A stretch of DNA of 64,000 nt from Acidimicrobiia bacterium (GTDB lineage Bacteria > Actinomycetota > Acidimicrobiia > Spongiisociales > UBA5794). Position numbers and translations under genes: made by a program. This document shows positions 1 to 9,616 of the stretch, piece by piece; positions within the stretch are counted from its first letter, which is position 1; the number at the start of each line of letters is the position of its first letter. The stretch lies in NCBI GenBank assembly GCA_041608535.1, contig JBFISM010000002.1, forward strand, positions 10,918 to 74,917. The letters run 5' to 3'. The notes beneath the pieces were generated by a model. It was given only the letters and a program-made list of their open reading frames with translations. It did not search any database and was not told where the DNA came from.

Positions 1-47
1 GCACCACTGTCGTGGTGACGTTACCGGTTGCACCCGACACCGATTGA
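1..47 (+). CDS. C-terminal end of a probable sensor histidine kinase (partial)
   Basis: Frame from base 3 reads TTVVVTLPVAPDTD-stop, resembling the final HATPase_c strand (GTTVxVxLP). Only 14 codons are visible. Confidence 0.4.
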   Translation, partial: TTVVVTLPVAPDTD

Positions 48-104
48 TCCGCAGCGCAGCCGGGCTCTCGTACACTCCCGGAGGGCACGAACGGGAAGAA
101 CGAC

Positions 105-2378
105 ATGAGCGCGATACGCCCGCTCAGAGACATGGGTGGCGGCAGCTACGGCCACAAGGCCCGGAACCTGCGCTGGCTGTTCGACGAGGGCGAGCCGATC
201 CCTGCCACCTGGTTGATACCTGCCGGAGCGAAACCGAGCGAGCAGGAGATCGCCCGGTTCTTCGATGGCTCAAAGCGGTATGCGGTGCGCTCTTCGGCTG
301 ATGTGGAAGACGGGGCATTGCTGTCGTTCGCCGGCCAATTCACGACCAGGCTCGACGTGGAAGGACTCGCTGCGATCCGCGATGCGATCACGGACGTGCA
401 GCTCTCGGTGTCGAGCGAAACGGTGCGGGCGTATCTGGTTCATGCCGGGGCACCGGACAAGTCGATCCAGATGGGAGTCGTGGTTCAAGAGATGGTGCAG
501 CCGGTGGCGTCCGGCGTGGTTTTCTCCCGAAACCCGATCACCGGCCTCAACGAAGTCGTCATCGAGGCGGTTGCCGGACGTGGCGACCGTCTCCTCAGCG
601 AGGGAGTGACCCCAGATCGCTGGATTCATCGCTGGGGTACCTGGACCGAGAAGCCGGAATCGCCTGTGGTTCCCGACGCTGTCGCCGGCGGCATTGCCGC
701 GGCCGCACGCCGGATCGCCGAGGAGTACGGCAAACCGGCCGATCTGGAATGGGTATGGGATGGCGATCAGGTGTGGTGGGTGCAGCTCCGTCCGATCACC
801 GGCATCGACGATGTCGTCGTCTACTCGAATCGGATCGCCAAGGAGGTGATGCCGGGGATCATCAAGCCGCTGGTGTGGAGCGTCAACGTGCCCGTCGTGA
901 ACACTGCGTGGATCGAGCTGTTCACCGAGGCCATCGGTCCCAACGATCTCGAGCCGGACGCTCTGGCCCGCTCGTTTGCGTACAGGTCGTACTTCAACAT
1001 GAGTGCGGTCGGCGACATCTTCGAGCTGTTCGGCATGCCCCGGGACTCCCTAGAGCTGCTTCTCGGTCTGGACGGCGGTGACGGCGGGCCCTCGATGCGG
1101 CCCACTGCGGCGACGCTGCGCAAGCTGCCCAGGCTGCTCAACGTGGCCCTGGGCAACGTCCGCTATGCGAAGAAGGTTCCCGGATATCTGGATCGACTGG
1201 AACGACGGTACGAACCATATGCGTCGAGGGCGCTTCGTCCACTCTCCGAAGGCGAGCTGCTGCGCGATGTCGACGAGCTGATGCCGCTGACCACGGCGGC
1301 GGCGCTGATCAACATCAAGGTTCCCCTGCTGGCCAACCTGCGGAGCGCCTTGTTGCGCAGAAAGGTCGCCAACGCGGGGTTCGATCCCGAGGACGTGGCG
1401 ATTACCTCGGTCACCGATCTGGGCAACATCAACCCACAAGCGGCACTAGAGAAGCTGGGGGCGGTGGCCGCCAAGCTCGACGACGATGCGCGCACCCGCA
1501 TCACCGAGCGTGGTCTTGCGGCGGCGCCAGACCATTTTCGCAACCAGGTGCTCGACTTTCTCGACACGTTCGGCCATTTCAGCGCCAGCGGCAACGACTT
1601 CTCGGTGGCGCCGTGGCGCGAATCGCCGGACACGATCGCCCGGCTGGCCCTCAACATGCCTGCCAACGGGTCCACCCGGGGTAGTATGGACTGGGAGGCG
1701 GTCGAGGCGTCACAGCCGTTGTTGAAACGGCTCCGGTTGCGCTCGGCGCAACGCCGCACCGCACACCTCATCCAGCTGCGCGAGTCGGTGAGCTCGGTGT
1801 ACACCTTCGGATACGGTGTCTTCAGGCGCTATTTCCTCGAGCTGGGTAGGCGGCTGACGGAGCGCGGCCTTCTCGATGACCGGAACGACATCTGGTACCT
1901 CACGCTGGAAGAGGTTCGCCAAGCGGTGCACCTCGGATTGGCGGAAGCCGGCGAGATCGCAGCGCAACGCAAGCGCGAGATCGACCAGCTCGCTGGGGTC
2001 GACATGCCCGACATCATCTACGGCGACGACTTCGTCCCGGCTGCGCGTTCCTCCGAGGTCGCATCGCAGCTCTCCGGGGTTCCCACGTCGCGAGGCCGCT
2101 ATCGCGGACGGCTCCGCATCGTCCGGGAGCTCGCGGACTTCCCCACGGTGGAGCAGGGTGACGTGATCGCCGTGCCCTTCTCTGACGTGGGGTGGACACC
2201 GGTGTTCGCCAGGGCCGGTGCGGTTGTGGCCGAGTCGGGTGGCATGCTGTCCCACGCCTCGATCGTCGCCAGGGAATATGGCATTCCGTGCGTCGTGTCG
2301 GTGCCGGGGGCGACCCGGCTCCCAGAGGGTGCGACGGTGATCGTGGACGCCTATGCAGGGACCGTGACGGTCGAGTGA
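105..2378 (+). CDS. PEP/pyruvate-binding + PEP-utilising His-domain phosphotransferase (rifampin-phosphotransferase-like architecture)
   Basis: N-terminal ATP-grasp motifs (AVRSSADVED, SFAGQF, VVQEMV, DLEW, QLRPIT), a large central domain, and a C-terminal phospho-His swivel motif GGMLSHASIVAREYGIP. Confidence 0.85.
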   Translation: MSAIRPLRDMGGGSYGHKARNLRWLFDEGEPIPATWLIPAGAKPSEQEIARFFDGSKRYAVRSSADVEDGALLSFAGQFTTRLDVEGLAAIRDAITDVQLSVSSETVRAYLVHAGAPDKSIQMGVVVQEMVQPVASGVVFSRNPITGLNEVVIEAVAGRGDRLLSEGVTPDRWIHRWGTWTEKPESPVVPDAVAGGIAAAARRIAEEYGKPADLEWVWDGDQVWWVQLRPITGIDDVVVYSNRIAKEVMPGIIKPLVWSVNVPVVNTAWIELFTEAIGPNDLEPDALARSFAYRSYFNMSAVGDIFELFGMPRDSLELLLGLDGGDGGPSMRPTAATLRKLPRLLNVALGNVRYAKKVPGYLDRLERRYEPYASRALRPLSEGELLRDVDELMPLTTAAALINIKVPLLANLRSALLRRKVANAGFDPEDVAITSVTDLGNINPQAALEKLGAVAAKLDDDARTRITERGLAAAPDHFRNQVLDFLDTFGHFSASGNDFSVAPWRESPDTIARLALNMPANGSTRGSMDWEAVEASQPLLKRLRLRSAQRRTAHLIQLRESVSSVYTFGYGVFRRYFLELGRRLTERGLLDDRNDIWYLTLEEVRQAVHLGLAEAGEIAAQRKREIDQLAGVDMPDIIYGDDFVPAARSSEVASQLSGVPTSRGRYRGRLRIVRELADFPTVEQGDVIAVPFSDVGWTPVFARAGAVVAESGGMLSHASIVAREYGIPCVVSVPGATRLPEGATVIVDAYAGTVTVE

Positions 2379-2391
2379 TCGGACCGGCACC

Positions 2392-3030
2392 TCACCCGGG
2401 ATCGGAAAACACGAGGTGCCGCGAGTAGTCCTCCAGAATCCCGTACTGGCCGTCGTACTCGTATCCGAGGAAGTCCTCGAACACGAAGAGCCTGGGTGGG
2501 AAATAGGTGAGCGACACGAACGCCACCGTCAGGGTGAGCAGCACGATCCGGCCTGTGTTCTCCCGCCGGCGGGGATGTGACGTGAGCAAGCGATAGGCGA
2601 CGATGTTGCCCAGCAGGACACCGAAGACCCCGGTGGAGATGTCCGCCCAGAGAAACCCTCGACCATAGATCGGCAGAGCAATACCGAGGTAGAAGTAGAA
2701 CGAGGCCAGGACCCCGAGCGGTGTCACCAGCAGCGCCATCGCTTTGCCAAACCAGTAGTTGGCGGCGAAGTCCTTGACGAAGGCGTGCTGGACCAGCGTA
2801 TAGACGAGACCGGGCCAGAAGAACAGCTTCAGGTGCTCCCACGAGCTCTCGTTCACCGAGCCGAACAACGCCGCAACCGGGTGGAAAGCGGACAGCTCGT
2901 ACACGAAGTGGAGCGCCGATCCGGCGAGCATGATGAAGAAGAAGGCACCCACCTCCCACCACAGGAGACTGCGCCTCTGCTCTCTGGTCTGAGCCGGCCC
3001 GGCGACGTCGGTGGTCGGCGTCGTCACCAC
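2392..3030 (-). CDS. Multi-pass membrane protein (DUF6512-like)
   Basis: HFVYE...SVNESSWEHLKLFFWP motif and hydrophobic helices. GTG start overlaps the hupE stop (TAGTG). Confidence 0.65.
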   Translation of the reverse strand: MVTTPTTDVAGPAQTREQRRSLLWWEVGAFFFIMLAGSALHFVYELSAFHPVAALFGSVNESSWEHLKLFFWPGLVYTLVQHAFVKDFAANYWFGKAMALLVTPLGVLASFYFYLGIALPIYGRGFLWADISTGVFGVLLGNIVAYRLLTSHPRRRENTGRIVLLTLTVAFVSLTYFPPRLFVFEDFLGYEYDGQYGILEDYSRHLVFSDPG

Positions 3031-3653
3031 TACAGCACACCGCCGAGGAAGAGTGCCCCGATCGCAACGAAACCGGCTCCACCGGCACGAAGCACGCTGC
3101 GTCCCGCCGAATAGCGACGTGCGATCTCGCCGATGAGCACACCGACGAGATGGATCATCGCCGTGCCGATGAGGAACCCGGCCGCATACGCAACGGGACC
3201 GGCGATCTCGGGGATCTCGGCCCCGTGTGCGTAGCCGTGAAAGAATCCAAAGAAGGCCACCGCAGCCATCACGGCACGCACCGGGAGCCGGCGATCCACC
3301 GCCATCGCAGCCCCGAGCAGAACGACCGAGACGGCGATCCCGGTCTCGATGGCGCCGGTTCCGAGCCCGATCCCGATCCTCCCGACCGCTCCACCGATGG
3401 CCATCGCGGCGACAAAGAGCCCAGGCACAGTGAAGATGGCACTCCCGCCGAGCATCGAGCTGACGATGCCGACGCTCATCATGGCGATGAAGTGGTCGAG
3501 CCCGAGCACCGGATGCAGGAAGCCCCCGAAGAACGACCCGAGGCGGATGACCTGGTTCTCGTGAGCCAGGGCAGCGGAGGGCAGCGACAGCCAAGCCGCG
3601 GCGAGCGCAACCACGGCACCGGTGCGAACCACCGTCCAACGTGATGTCGACAC
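3030..3653 (-). CDS. HupE/UreJ family Ni/Co transporter
   Basis: Signal peptide ending ALAH, GFLHPVLGLDH, FHGYAHGAE, final helix with H. Confidence 0.9.
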   Translation of the reverse strand: MSTSRWTVVRTGAVVALAAAWLSLPSAALAHENQVIRLGSFFGGFLHPVLGLDHFIAMMSVGIVSSMLGGSAIFTVPGLFVAAMAIGGAVGRIGIGLGTGAIETGIAVSVVLLGAAMAVDRRLPVRAVMAAVAFFGFFHGYAHGAEIPEIAGPVAYAAGFLIGTAMIHLVGVLIGEIARRYSAGRSVLRAGGAGFVAIGALFLGGVL

Positions 3654-3780
3654 GACGTCTCCCAGCTCTGTCTCGTCCGTACGGCGCTGACCCGCCGTGC
3701 GGATGAGGGCACCTCACGCCCGGCATCGTTTTGCGGTGTGAAGGACGCTAGCGTCGCTGTCGCCGCTTGCGGGAGGGAAC

Positions 3781-4479
3781 GTGGATCTGTTGCCGGCCGT
3801 TGCGCTGGGAGTAGCTGGATACTTCGTCGGAGCGGTCTCGTTTGCCCGGCTCATCGCAGCCAGAGTCATCCCGGGCGAGGACATCCGTTCGACGACCATG
3901 GAGCTGGTTGGTGGAGCCACGTTGGAGTACGGCGGGGTGAGCGCCACTGCCGTGGGTGCGAGGACGGGCCCGAGGTGGGGTCTCGTCGTGGGAGTGCTGG
4001 ACATGCTCAAGGCGTTCGTTCCCGTGCTGGCGGTGCGCCTGATCTGGCCCGACGAGTGGTGGCACCTCGTGGTTGCGGTCATGGTGGTGGCCGGTCACAA
4101 CTGGCCGGTCTACTACCGGTTCCGAGGTGGGCGGGGGCAGTCGCCTCTGTACGGCGGGCTGGCAGCGGTGGATTGGGTCGCCATACCGGTGACCACGTTG
4201 GCCGGTTTGTTCGTCGGGCTCGTCGTGTTGCGAGACATGTTCTTCGCCTACACGCTGGGTCAGTTCCTGCTCATCCCGTGGTTCTGGTGGCAGGGCACGC
4301 CCCAAGAGGTCGCCTATGCCGTGGCGATCAACCTCTTGTTCGTGTTGGCCACCATCCCCGAGATCACGGCATACTTCGCCAAGCGCCGCACCGGGGAGCT
4401 CCGGCAAGTGACGTCGTGGCGCGACTTCCGCTCCTCCCACCCGGCGATGGGCTCGGGGAGGGACACGCCGGATGGCTGA
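3781..4479 (+). CDS. plsY: Glycerol-3-phosphate acyltransferase PlsY family
   Basis: GYFVGAVSF, DMLKA, GHNWPVYYRFRGGRG motifs; membrane protein. Confidence 0.8.
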   Translation: MDLLPAVALGVAGYFVGAVSFARLIAARVIPGEDIRSTTMELVGGATLEYGGVSATAVGARTGPRWGLVVGVLDMLKAFVPVLAVRLIWPDEWWHLVVAVMVVAGHNWPVYYRFRGGRGQSPLYGGLAAVDWVAIPVTTLAGLFVGLVVLRDMFFAYTLGQFLLIPWFWWQGTPQEVAYAVAINLLFVLATIPEITAYFAKRRTGELRQVTSWRDFRSSHPAMGSGRDTPDG

Positions 4480-4876
4480 AATCCTGGAGTCGGGCGAGAC
4501 CCACGAGTTTCGTCCCCGCCACCCGCAGTGGCGCTGGCTGGCGCTCGATGCCGTCGCCATCGGTGCCTTCGTCCTCATCGGGCGCGACACCCACAACGAG
4601 GGCAATGCCCTCGTCGACGTCGTGGGTACCGCAGCGCCGTTGCTCGCCGGGCTGGTCGCCGGGTGGGTCGCCGCCGATGCCACGCACCGCCCGCTGCTTC
4701 CGACAACAGGAGTCGTCGTGGCGGCGATGTCGCTCCTGGCCGGGTTGGGGATTCGCCGTCTCGTGTTCGGCGACGGTATCGCGGGTCCGTTCGTCCTCGT
4801 AGCTGCGGGCTACTACCTGGTCACGTTGGTGGGCTGGCGCATCGTGGCGCAGCGATTGGCGACGATACGAGATTGA
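4472..4876 (+). CDS. DUF3054-like small membrane protein
   Basis: ALD...FVLIGRDTH...TAAP...LVGWR pattern; 4 TM helices; overlaps the plsY stop. Confidence 0.7.
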   Translation: MAEILESGETHEFRPRHPQWRWLALDAVAIGAFVLIGRDTHNEGNALVDVVGTAAPLLAGLVAGWVAADATHRPLLPTTGVVVAAMSLLAGLGIRRLVFGDGIAGPFVLVAAGYYLVTLVGWRIVAQRLATIRD

Positions 4877-4998
4877 CCCGGCTCGCTCCGGGGCTGTGTG
4901 AGCAGGACGGCGAAGCGGCCGAACGGCGTTGCCGGCTATCGATGAATGTTCACCCACCGGTCGTCCGCATGCTGCAGCATCGCCGACACTGTGGCGGT

Positions 4999-5805
4999 AT
5001 GTTCTCCGGTGTGTTCGCTGCGGAGATAGCACCCGAAGTCGATCGTCTCGTGTGGACGGTCAACCACACCGCCCGCGACGTCGGGAAATACCGACCGGCG
5101 TTCGAGGACGCCGGGATCGGCGATGTCGAGTTCACCAGCCTGGCGAATCTCGCGCCGGCGCTTCGCACCGGCCCGGTTCCGGAGAGGATCTTCCTCCGGC
5201 GCTACCGCTACCGCCGGCCCGACGTGGTGCGTGAGCTGATCGCGACGTTACTGGAGGCGGACTGTCTGGCTGCCGAGGACGATGGCTATGCGGCCACGGA
5301 TCGGCTGGCGCCCGTGCTCTCCGCCATCGAGGCCAGTTGGGTCGCCACCGCAGACGAGGTGTGGGACGGCCATGAGGAAGCAGTCGCAACGCTGTCGCCG
5401 CTCGTCCGCCGCATCCTGGACACTGCCCCCGACTCGCCGTTGCTGGCTGCGTATCGTCTCGCACCCGAGCCTCCCTCTCCGAGGGCGACGTTGTTCCAAC
5501 GTCTCGCCGTGCAGCGTCTCATCCGCAACGAAGCGCACGCTGCGGCGTGGAAAGCGCGTGGTCTCTCCGCAGAAGACATGGTGGTCCTCACCGCACTGTG
5601 GCTGGGTGAGGTGCCCGCAGCGTCGTGGACGGGTCCCCCCACCTTCGTCAACGAAGGCCTGCTCACGGAGGAGGGTCGGGAAGTCCGTAGGGAGATCGAG
5701 GCCGACACGAACGACCGCAACGAGCTCGCCTTCGTGGTGCTCGGCGATGAGGACCGGCGTACGTATCTCGCGACCGTGAGAGCGCTTCCGGGCACCCCGC
5801 CCTGA
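4999..5805 (+). CDS. SCO6745-like hypothetical protein
   Basis: RNEAHAAAW and LTEEGREVRREIEADTN resemble the actinobacterial SCO6745 family. Start uncertain. Confidence 0.55.
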   Translation: MFSGVFAAEIAPEVDRLVWTVNHTARDVGKYRPAFEDAGIGDVEFTSLANLAPALRTGPVPERIFLRRYRYRRPDVVRELIATLLEADCLAAEDDGYAATDRLAPVLSAIEASWVATADEVWDGHEEAVATLSPLVRRILDTAPDSPLLAAYRLAPEPPSPRATLFQRLAVQRLIRNEAHAAAWKARGLSAEDMVVLTALWLGEVPAASWTGPPTFVNEGLLTEEGREVRREIEADTNDRNELAFVVLGDEDRRTYLATVRALPGTPP

Positions 5806-5856
5806 GCCCCCCCGCAGGTCAAGGTCTGCGGCCGGCCAGATTCATGCGATCTGGTT

Positions 5857-6216
5857 TCACGCCTCCTGGGCGATATCGAACACGTTCCCCTCGGGATCTT
5901 CGAGGGTCGTCCAGCGTGTCCCGTACTCGTCGTGATCGGAGATGCGGCTGGCGCCGAGGCCGACCAGCCGCTCCACTTCGGCCTCGCGGTCGCTGGCGGA
6001 GAAGTCGACATGCACCCGGTTCTTCGCAGACTTCCCCTCCGGAACCTTGATGAACATCCAGATCGGGTGGAGGGGCGGGTCTTGGGAGCGGCCGATGGAT
6101 GCGAAGAACGGGTTGGCTCCCTCATCCACCGCCACGTCGAGCGCTGCGGCCCAGAAGCCGGCCAATGTTGCGGCGTCATGACAGTCCGTGGTGATTGCAT
6201 GTGGCGTTATCGCCAT
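5857..6216 (-). CDS. VOC/glyoxalase-like protein
   Basis: [30 protein letters not shown]. Confidence 0.9.
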   Translation of the reverse strand: MAITPHAITTDCHDAATLAGFWAAALDVAVDEGANPFFASIGRSQDPPLHPIWMFIKVPEGKSAKNRVHVDFSASDREAEVERLVGLGASRISDHDEYGTRWTTLEDPEGNVFDIAQEA

Positions 6217-6692
6217 CGGCGCTCCTCGCCTTGTTGGTCATGCGATTGTTGGTTATGTGATTGCGGGGGGACCCGGGCGACGGTCTTGACCTCGATCCGG
6301 AGGTCAGGATGGGGCAGTTGATGGACGGCCACCGTGGTGCGCGCCGGCCGGGGTGAGATGTCTGCGAACACGGTTGCGTAGGCGCGGTTGTAGGCGTCGA
6401 AATCGCTCATGTCCACGAGGAAGGTGGTCACGTCGACCACGTCCTCCAAACCCGCGCCCACTGCAGCCAGGATGTCGCGGATGTTGTCGAAGACCGCACG
6501 TGTCTGGGTGGCGACGTCGAACCGAACCCGGCCACCATCGTCGGGCTCGGCGCCGGCAATGGAACCGTCGGGGCGGCGGCTCGACGTTCCCGACACGAAA
6601 GCGAAGCCGTCGACGACCCGCACGTGCGGATAGAGCCCGAGCGGCTGGGCCCGCTGCTCGAGGGTGTGGCTCTCCCCGTGGCTGGTCGTCAC
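6207..6692 (-). CDS. RidA family protein, probable 2-aminomuconate deaminase
   Basis: [37 protein letters not shown]; divergent from 3-HAA dioxygenase; GGAG RBS before GTG at 6692. Confidence 0.8.
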   Translation of the reverse strand: MTTSHGESHTLEQRAQPLGLYPHVRVVDGFAFVSGTSSRRPDGSIAGAEPDDGGRVRFDVATQTRAVFDNIRDILAAVGAGLEDVVDVTTFLVDMSDFDAYNRAYATVFADISPRPARTTVAVHQLPHPDLRIEVKTVARVPPQSHNQQSHDQQGEERRWR

Positions 6693-6772
6693 CGTCGTCG
6701 CTCCTGCGGAGGTGCACTGGTCTCCCGTCACGGACCATACTTGGCGACGAGACGACGCAGCAGGAGGATTCG

Positions 6773-7294
6773 ATGGCTGATCGGTTGGTGCCTTTCAACT
6801 TCAAGCAGTGGATCGATGATCACCGTGGCCTGTTGAAGCCACCCGTCGGCGCCAAGCAGGTGTGGGATGAGTCCGACGACTACGTGATCATCGTGGTGGG
6901 TGGGCCCAACGACCGGCCCGACTTCCACAAGAACGAGACAGAGGAGTTCTTCTACCAGCTGGAAGGTGACATGGTCCTCAAGGTGAAAGACGACGATGGG
7001 ATCCGGGACATCACCATCCGGGAAGGCGACGTGCTGCTGCTGCCGCCGAACACGATCCACTCCCCACGCCGGCCTGCCGACACCGTCGGGCTCGTCGTGG
7101 AGCGCAAACGGGATGCGCATCACATCGACACGGTGCTGTGGTTCTGCGACAGCTGTGGCGCCGAGCTGCACGAGGAAACGATGCACGTCACCGATCTCGC
7201 CGGGCAGCTCAAGCCGCTCATCGAGAACTTTTATGCCTCGGAGGAGCAAAGGACCTGCGAGCAGTGCGGCGATGTGATGGCGGTACCTGATTGA
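6773..7294 (+). CDS. nbaC: 3-hydroxyanthranilate 3,4-dioxygenase
   Basis: [32 protein letters not shown], rubredoxin-like CDSC...CEQC; AGGAGG RBS. Confidence 0.95.
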   Translation: MADRLVPFNFKQWIDDHRGLLKPPVGAKQVWDESDDYVIIVVGGPNDRPDFHKNETEEFFYQLEGDMVLKVKDDDGIRDITIREGDVLLLPPNTIHSPRRPADTVGLVVERKRDAHHIDTVLWFCDSCGAELHEETMHVTDLAGQLKPLIENFYASEEQRTCEQCGDVMAVPD

Positions 7295-8343
7295 CGGAAG
7301 CCGGCCACACCACCGCAAGCACCCCGTCGGCGGCCTCCGGGGCGGTCGACATCCACACCCACATCCTTCCCCGGTCGATCCCGGACTTCTCAGCTCGGTT
7401 CGGCTACGGCGCCTTCATCTCGCTCGCTGAGGAAGGAGACGAGGCGATCATGTACCAGGGAGGTGAGTTCTTCCGGCGGGTCGACCGCAGGCTCTTCGAT
7501 CCGGAAGCGCGGCTCGCGCGCTGCGATGAGACCGGCGTGGCCGTGCAGGTGCTGTCGACCGTGCCGGTGATGTTCAGTTACTGGACCAAACCCAAGGACG
7601 GCGCCGTGGTAGCCGCCTTCGTCAACGACGACCTCGCCGCCACCGTTGCCGCCCATCCCGATCGTTTCACGGCATTGGGGACGTTGCCGATGCAAGACCC
7701 AGATCTCGCCGTGGCCGAGCTGGAGCGATGTGTCGACCAGCTCGGGTTTCCCGGTGTCGAGATCGGCACCCATGTGGGTGGGCGCAACCTCAGCGACCCG
7801 GCGTTGTTTGCCGTGTTCGAAGCGGCCGCGGACCTCGGAGCCGCCCTCTTCGTACATCCCTGGGACATGATGGGTCAAGATGACATGCCCGAGTACTGGC
7901 TGCCCTGGCTCGTCGGCATGCCTGCGGAGACTTCCCGCGCCATCTGCTCGCTGATCTTCGGAGGTGTGTTCGAGCGGCTGCCCGGTTTGCGGGTTGCTTT
8001 CGCCCACGGCGGGGGTTCGTTCCCCGCCACCGTGGGTCGGATCCAGCACGGCTTCGAGGTGCTCCCCGAGCTGTGCGCCGCCGACAACCCGGTTCCCCCG
8101 CGTACCTATCTCGGGCGCTTTTGGGTGGATTCGGCGGTGCACGACGCAGCCGAGCTGCGCCACGTTGCATCGGTGGTCGGAACCGACAAGGTGTGTCTCG
8201 GCTCGGACTTCCCATTCCGGCTCGGCGAACATCGTCCCGGATCCACCATCGCCGCAGCCGGGTTCGACGACGAGACTGAGCGCAGGATGTTGACGAGCAA
8301 TGGGATCGCCTGGCTCGGGATGGAGGTGAGCGCCAGTGTCTGA
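7291..8343 (+). CDS. 2-amino-3-carboxymuconate-6-semialdehyde decarboxylase (ACMSD, amidohydrolase family)
   Basis: DIHTH, LSTVPVMFSYW, FVHPWDM, WLVGMPAET, FAHGGGSF, GSDFPF. Confidence 0.92.
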   Translation: MTEAGHTTASTPSAASGAVDIHTHILPRSIPDFSARFGYGAFISLAEEGDEAIMYQGGEFFRRVDRRLFDPEARLARCDETGVAVQVLSTVPVMFSYWTKPKDGAVVAAFVNDDLAATVAAHPDRFTALGTLPMQDPDLAVAELERCVDQLGFPGVEIGTHVGGRNLSDPALFAVFEAAADLGAALFVHPWDMMGQDDMPEYWLPWLVGMPAETSRAICSLIFGGVFERLPGLRVAFAHGGGSFPATVGRIQHGFEVLPELCAADNPVPPRTYLGRFWVDSAVHDAAELRHVASVVGTDKVCLGSDFPFRLGEHRPGSTIAAAGFDDETERRMLTSNGIAWLGMEVSASV

Positions 8344-9616
8344 TGCCATGGTGGTGACCGGCGACGTCGCCGAAGCCCACGCCCTCGATGCGGACGACGA
8401 GCTGGCCTCTTTCCGGGACCGGTTCGAGATCCCGCACTCCGCCGCTGGAGACCCGCTGGTGTATTTCGCCGGCAATTCGTTGGGTCTGCAGCCGAAGACG
8501 GTTCGCACCCTCCTGCTCGCCGAGTTGGACAAGTGGGCCGAATGTGGGGTGCGGGGTCACTTCGAGGGGGAGCGCCCGTGGGCCCCTTTCCACGAGTTCG
8601 TTGCTGGGCCCATGGCGAACATCGTCGGGGCCGAGGTGGACGAAGTGGTGACCATGAACGCACTGACCGTGAACCTCCATCTGATGATGCAGAGCTTCTA
8701 TCGACCCACGGCGGATCGCCACAAGGTGCTCATCGAGGATCACGCCTTCCCGTCCGACCACTTCGCAGTCGAATCGCAGGTGCGCAGTCGTGGCTTCGAT
8801 CCTGCCACGTCTGTGGTCACCGTGGCGCCGCGGCCCGGTGAGGAATCCATCAGACCGGACGACTTGCGCCAAGCGATCGAGAGCAACGCCGATGAGCTGG
8901 CGTTGCTCATGCTGCCCGGTGTGCAGTACTACACGGGCCAGGTGTTCCCGATGCGTGACGTCGTTGCCTGGGGGCATGCCGCCGGCGCCACGGTGGGGCT
9001 CGACCTCGCTCATGCCGTCGGCAACGTGCCGCTGGCGTTGCACGAGTGGGGTCCCGACTTTGCGGTGTGGTGTACGTACAAGTATCTCAACGCTGGTCCG
9101 GGCGCGACCGGCGGTGCGTTCGTGCATCGCCGCCATCTCGGCAACGGCGTTCCCCGTCTCGAGGGTTGGTGGGGTCACGACAAAGAGACCCGGTTTCACA
9201 TGGAGAACACCTTCGTGCCGATCCCCACCGCCGAGGCGTGGCAGCTGAGCAATGCTCCCGTGTTCTCCATGGCTCCGCTCATCGCATCGCTCGAGGTCTT
9301 TGCGGACGCCGGTGGTATGGGGCCGCTGCGGGAGAAGGCGGAGAAGATGATCCGCTACCTGGATGCTCTGCTCGATTCGCAGCTCGCAGGGAGGGTGACC
9401 CGGGTCACACCGGCCCCGCTGACCGAACGGGGGTGTCAGCTGTCGCTGCGGGTCGAGGCCGGCAAGGGGCCCGACGTCTTTGCGGCGCTACAACAAGCCG
9501 ACATCGAGTGCGACTGGCGATATCCCGACGTGATTCGCGTCGCCCCCGTGCCGCTGTACAACACCTTCACCGACATCCATCGGTTCGTCGACATCATGAG
9601 TGGGATCCTGCGTTGA
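8336..9616 (+). CDS. kynU: Kynureninase
   Basis: YFAGNSLGLQP, MNALTVNLH, FPSDH, DLAHAVGN, WCTYKYLNAGPG (PLP Lys), PVPLYN. Confidence 0.95.
   Translation: MSDAMVVTGDVAEAHALDADDELASFRDRFEIPHSAAGDPLVYFAGNSLGLQPKTVRTLLLAELDKWAECGVRGHFEGERPWAPFHEFVAGPMANIVGAEVDEVVTMNALTVNLHLMMQSFYRPTADRHKVLIEDHAFPSDHFAVESQVRSRGFDPATSVVTVAPRPGEESIRPDDLRQAIESNADELALLMLPGVQYYTGQVFPMRDVVAWGHAAGATVGLDLAHAVGNVPLALHEWGPDFAVWCTYKYLNAGPGATGGAFVHRRHLGNGVPRLEGWWGHDKETRFHMENTFVPIPTAEAWQLSNAPVFSMAPLIASLEVFADAGGMGPLREKAEKMIRYLDALLDSQLAGRVTRVTPAPLTERGCQLSLRVEAGKGPDVFAALQQADIECDWRYPDVIRVAPVPLYNTFTDIHRFVDIMSGILR

Noticed and set aside
105-2378. Calling this gene rifampin phosphotransferase (rph) or PEP synthase
   Set aside because: Domain order fits RPH-like proteins, but I saw no rifamycin-associated element upstream and cannot assign the central domain. 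It lacks the C-terminal barrel of PpsA.
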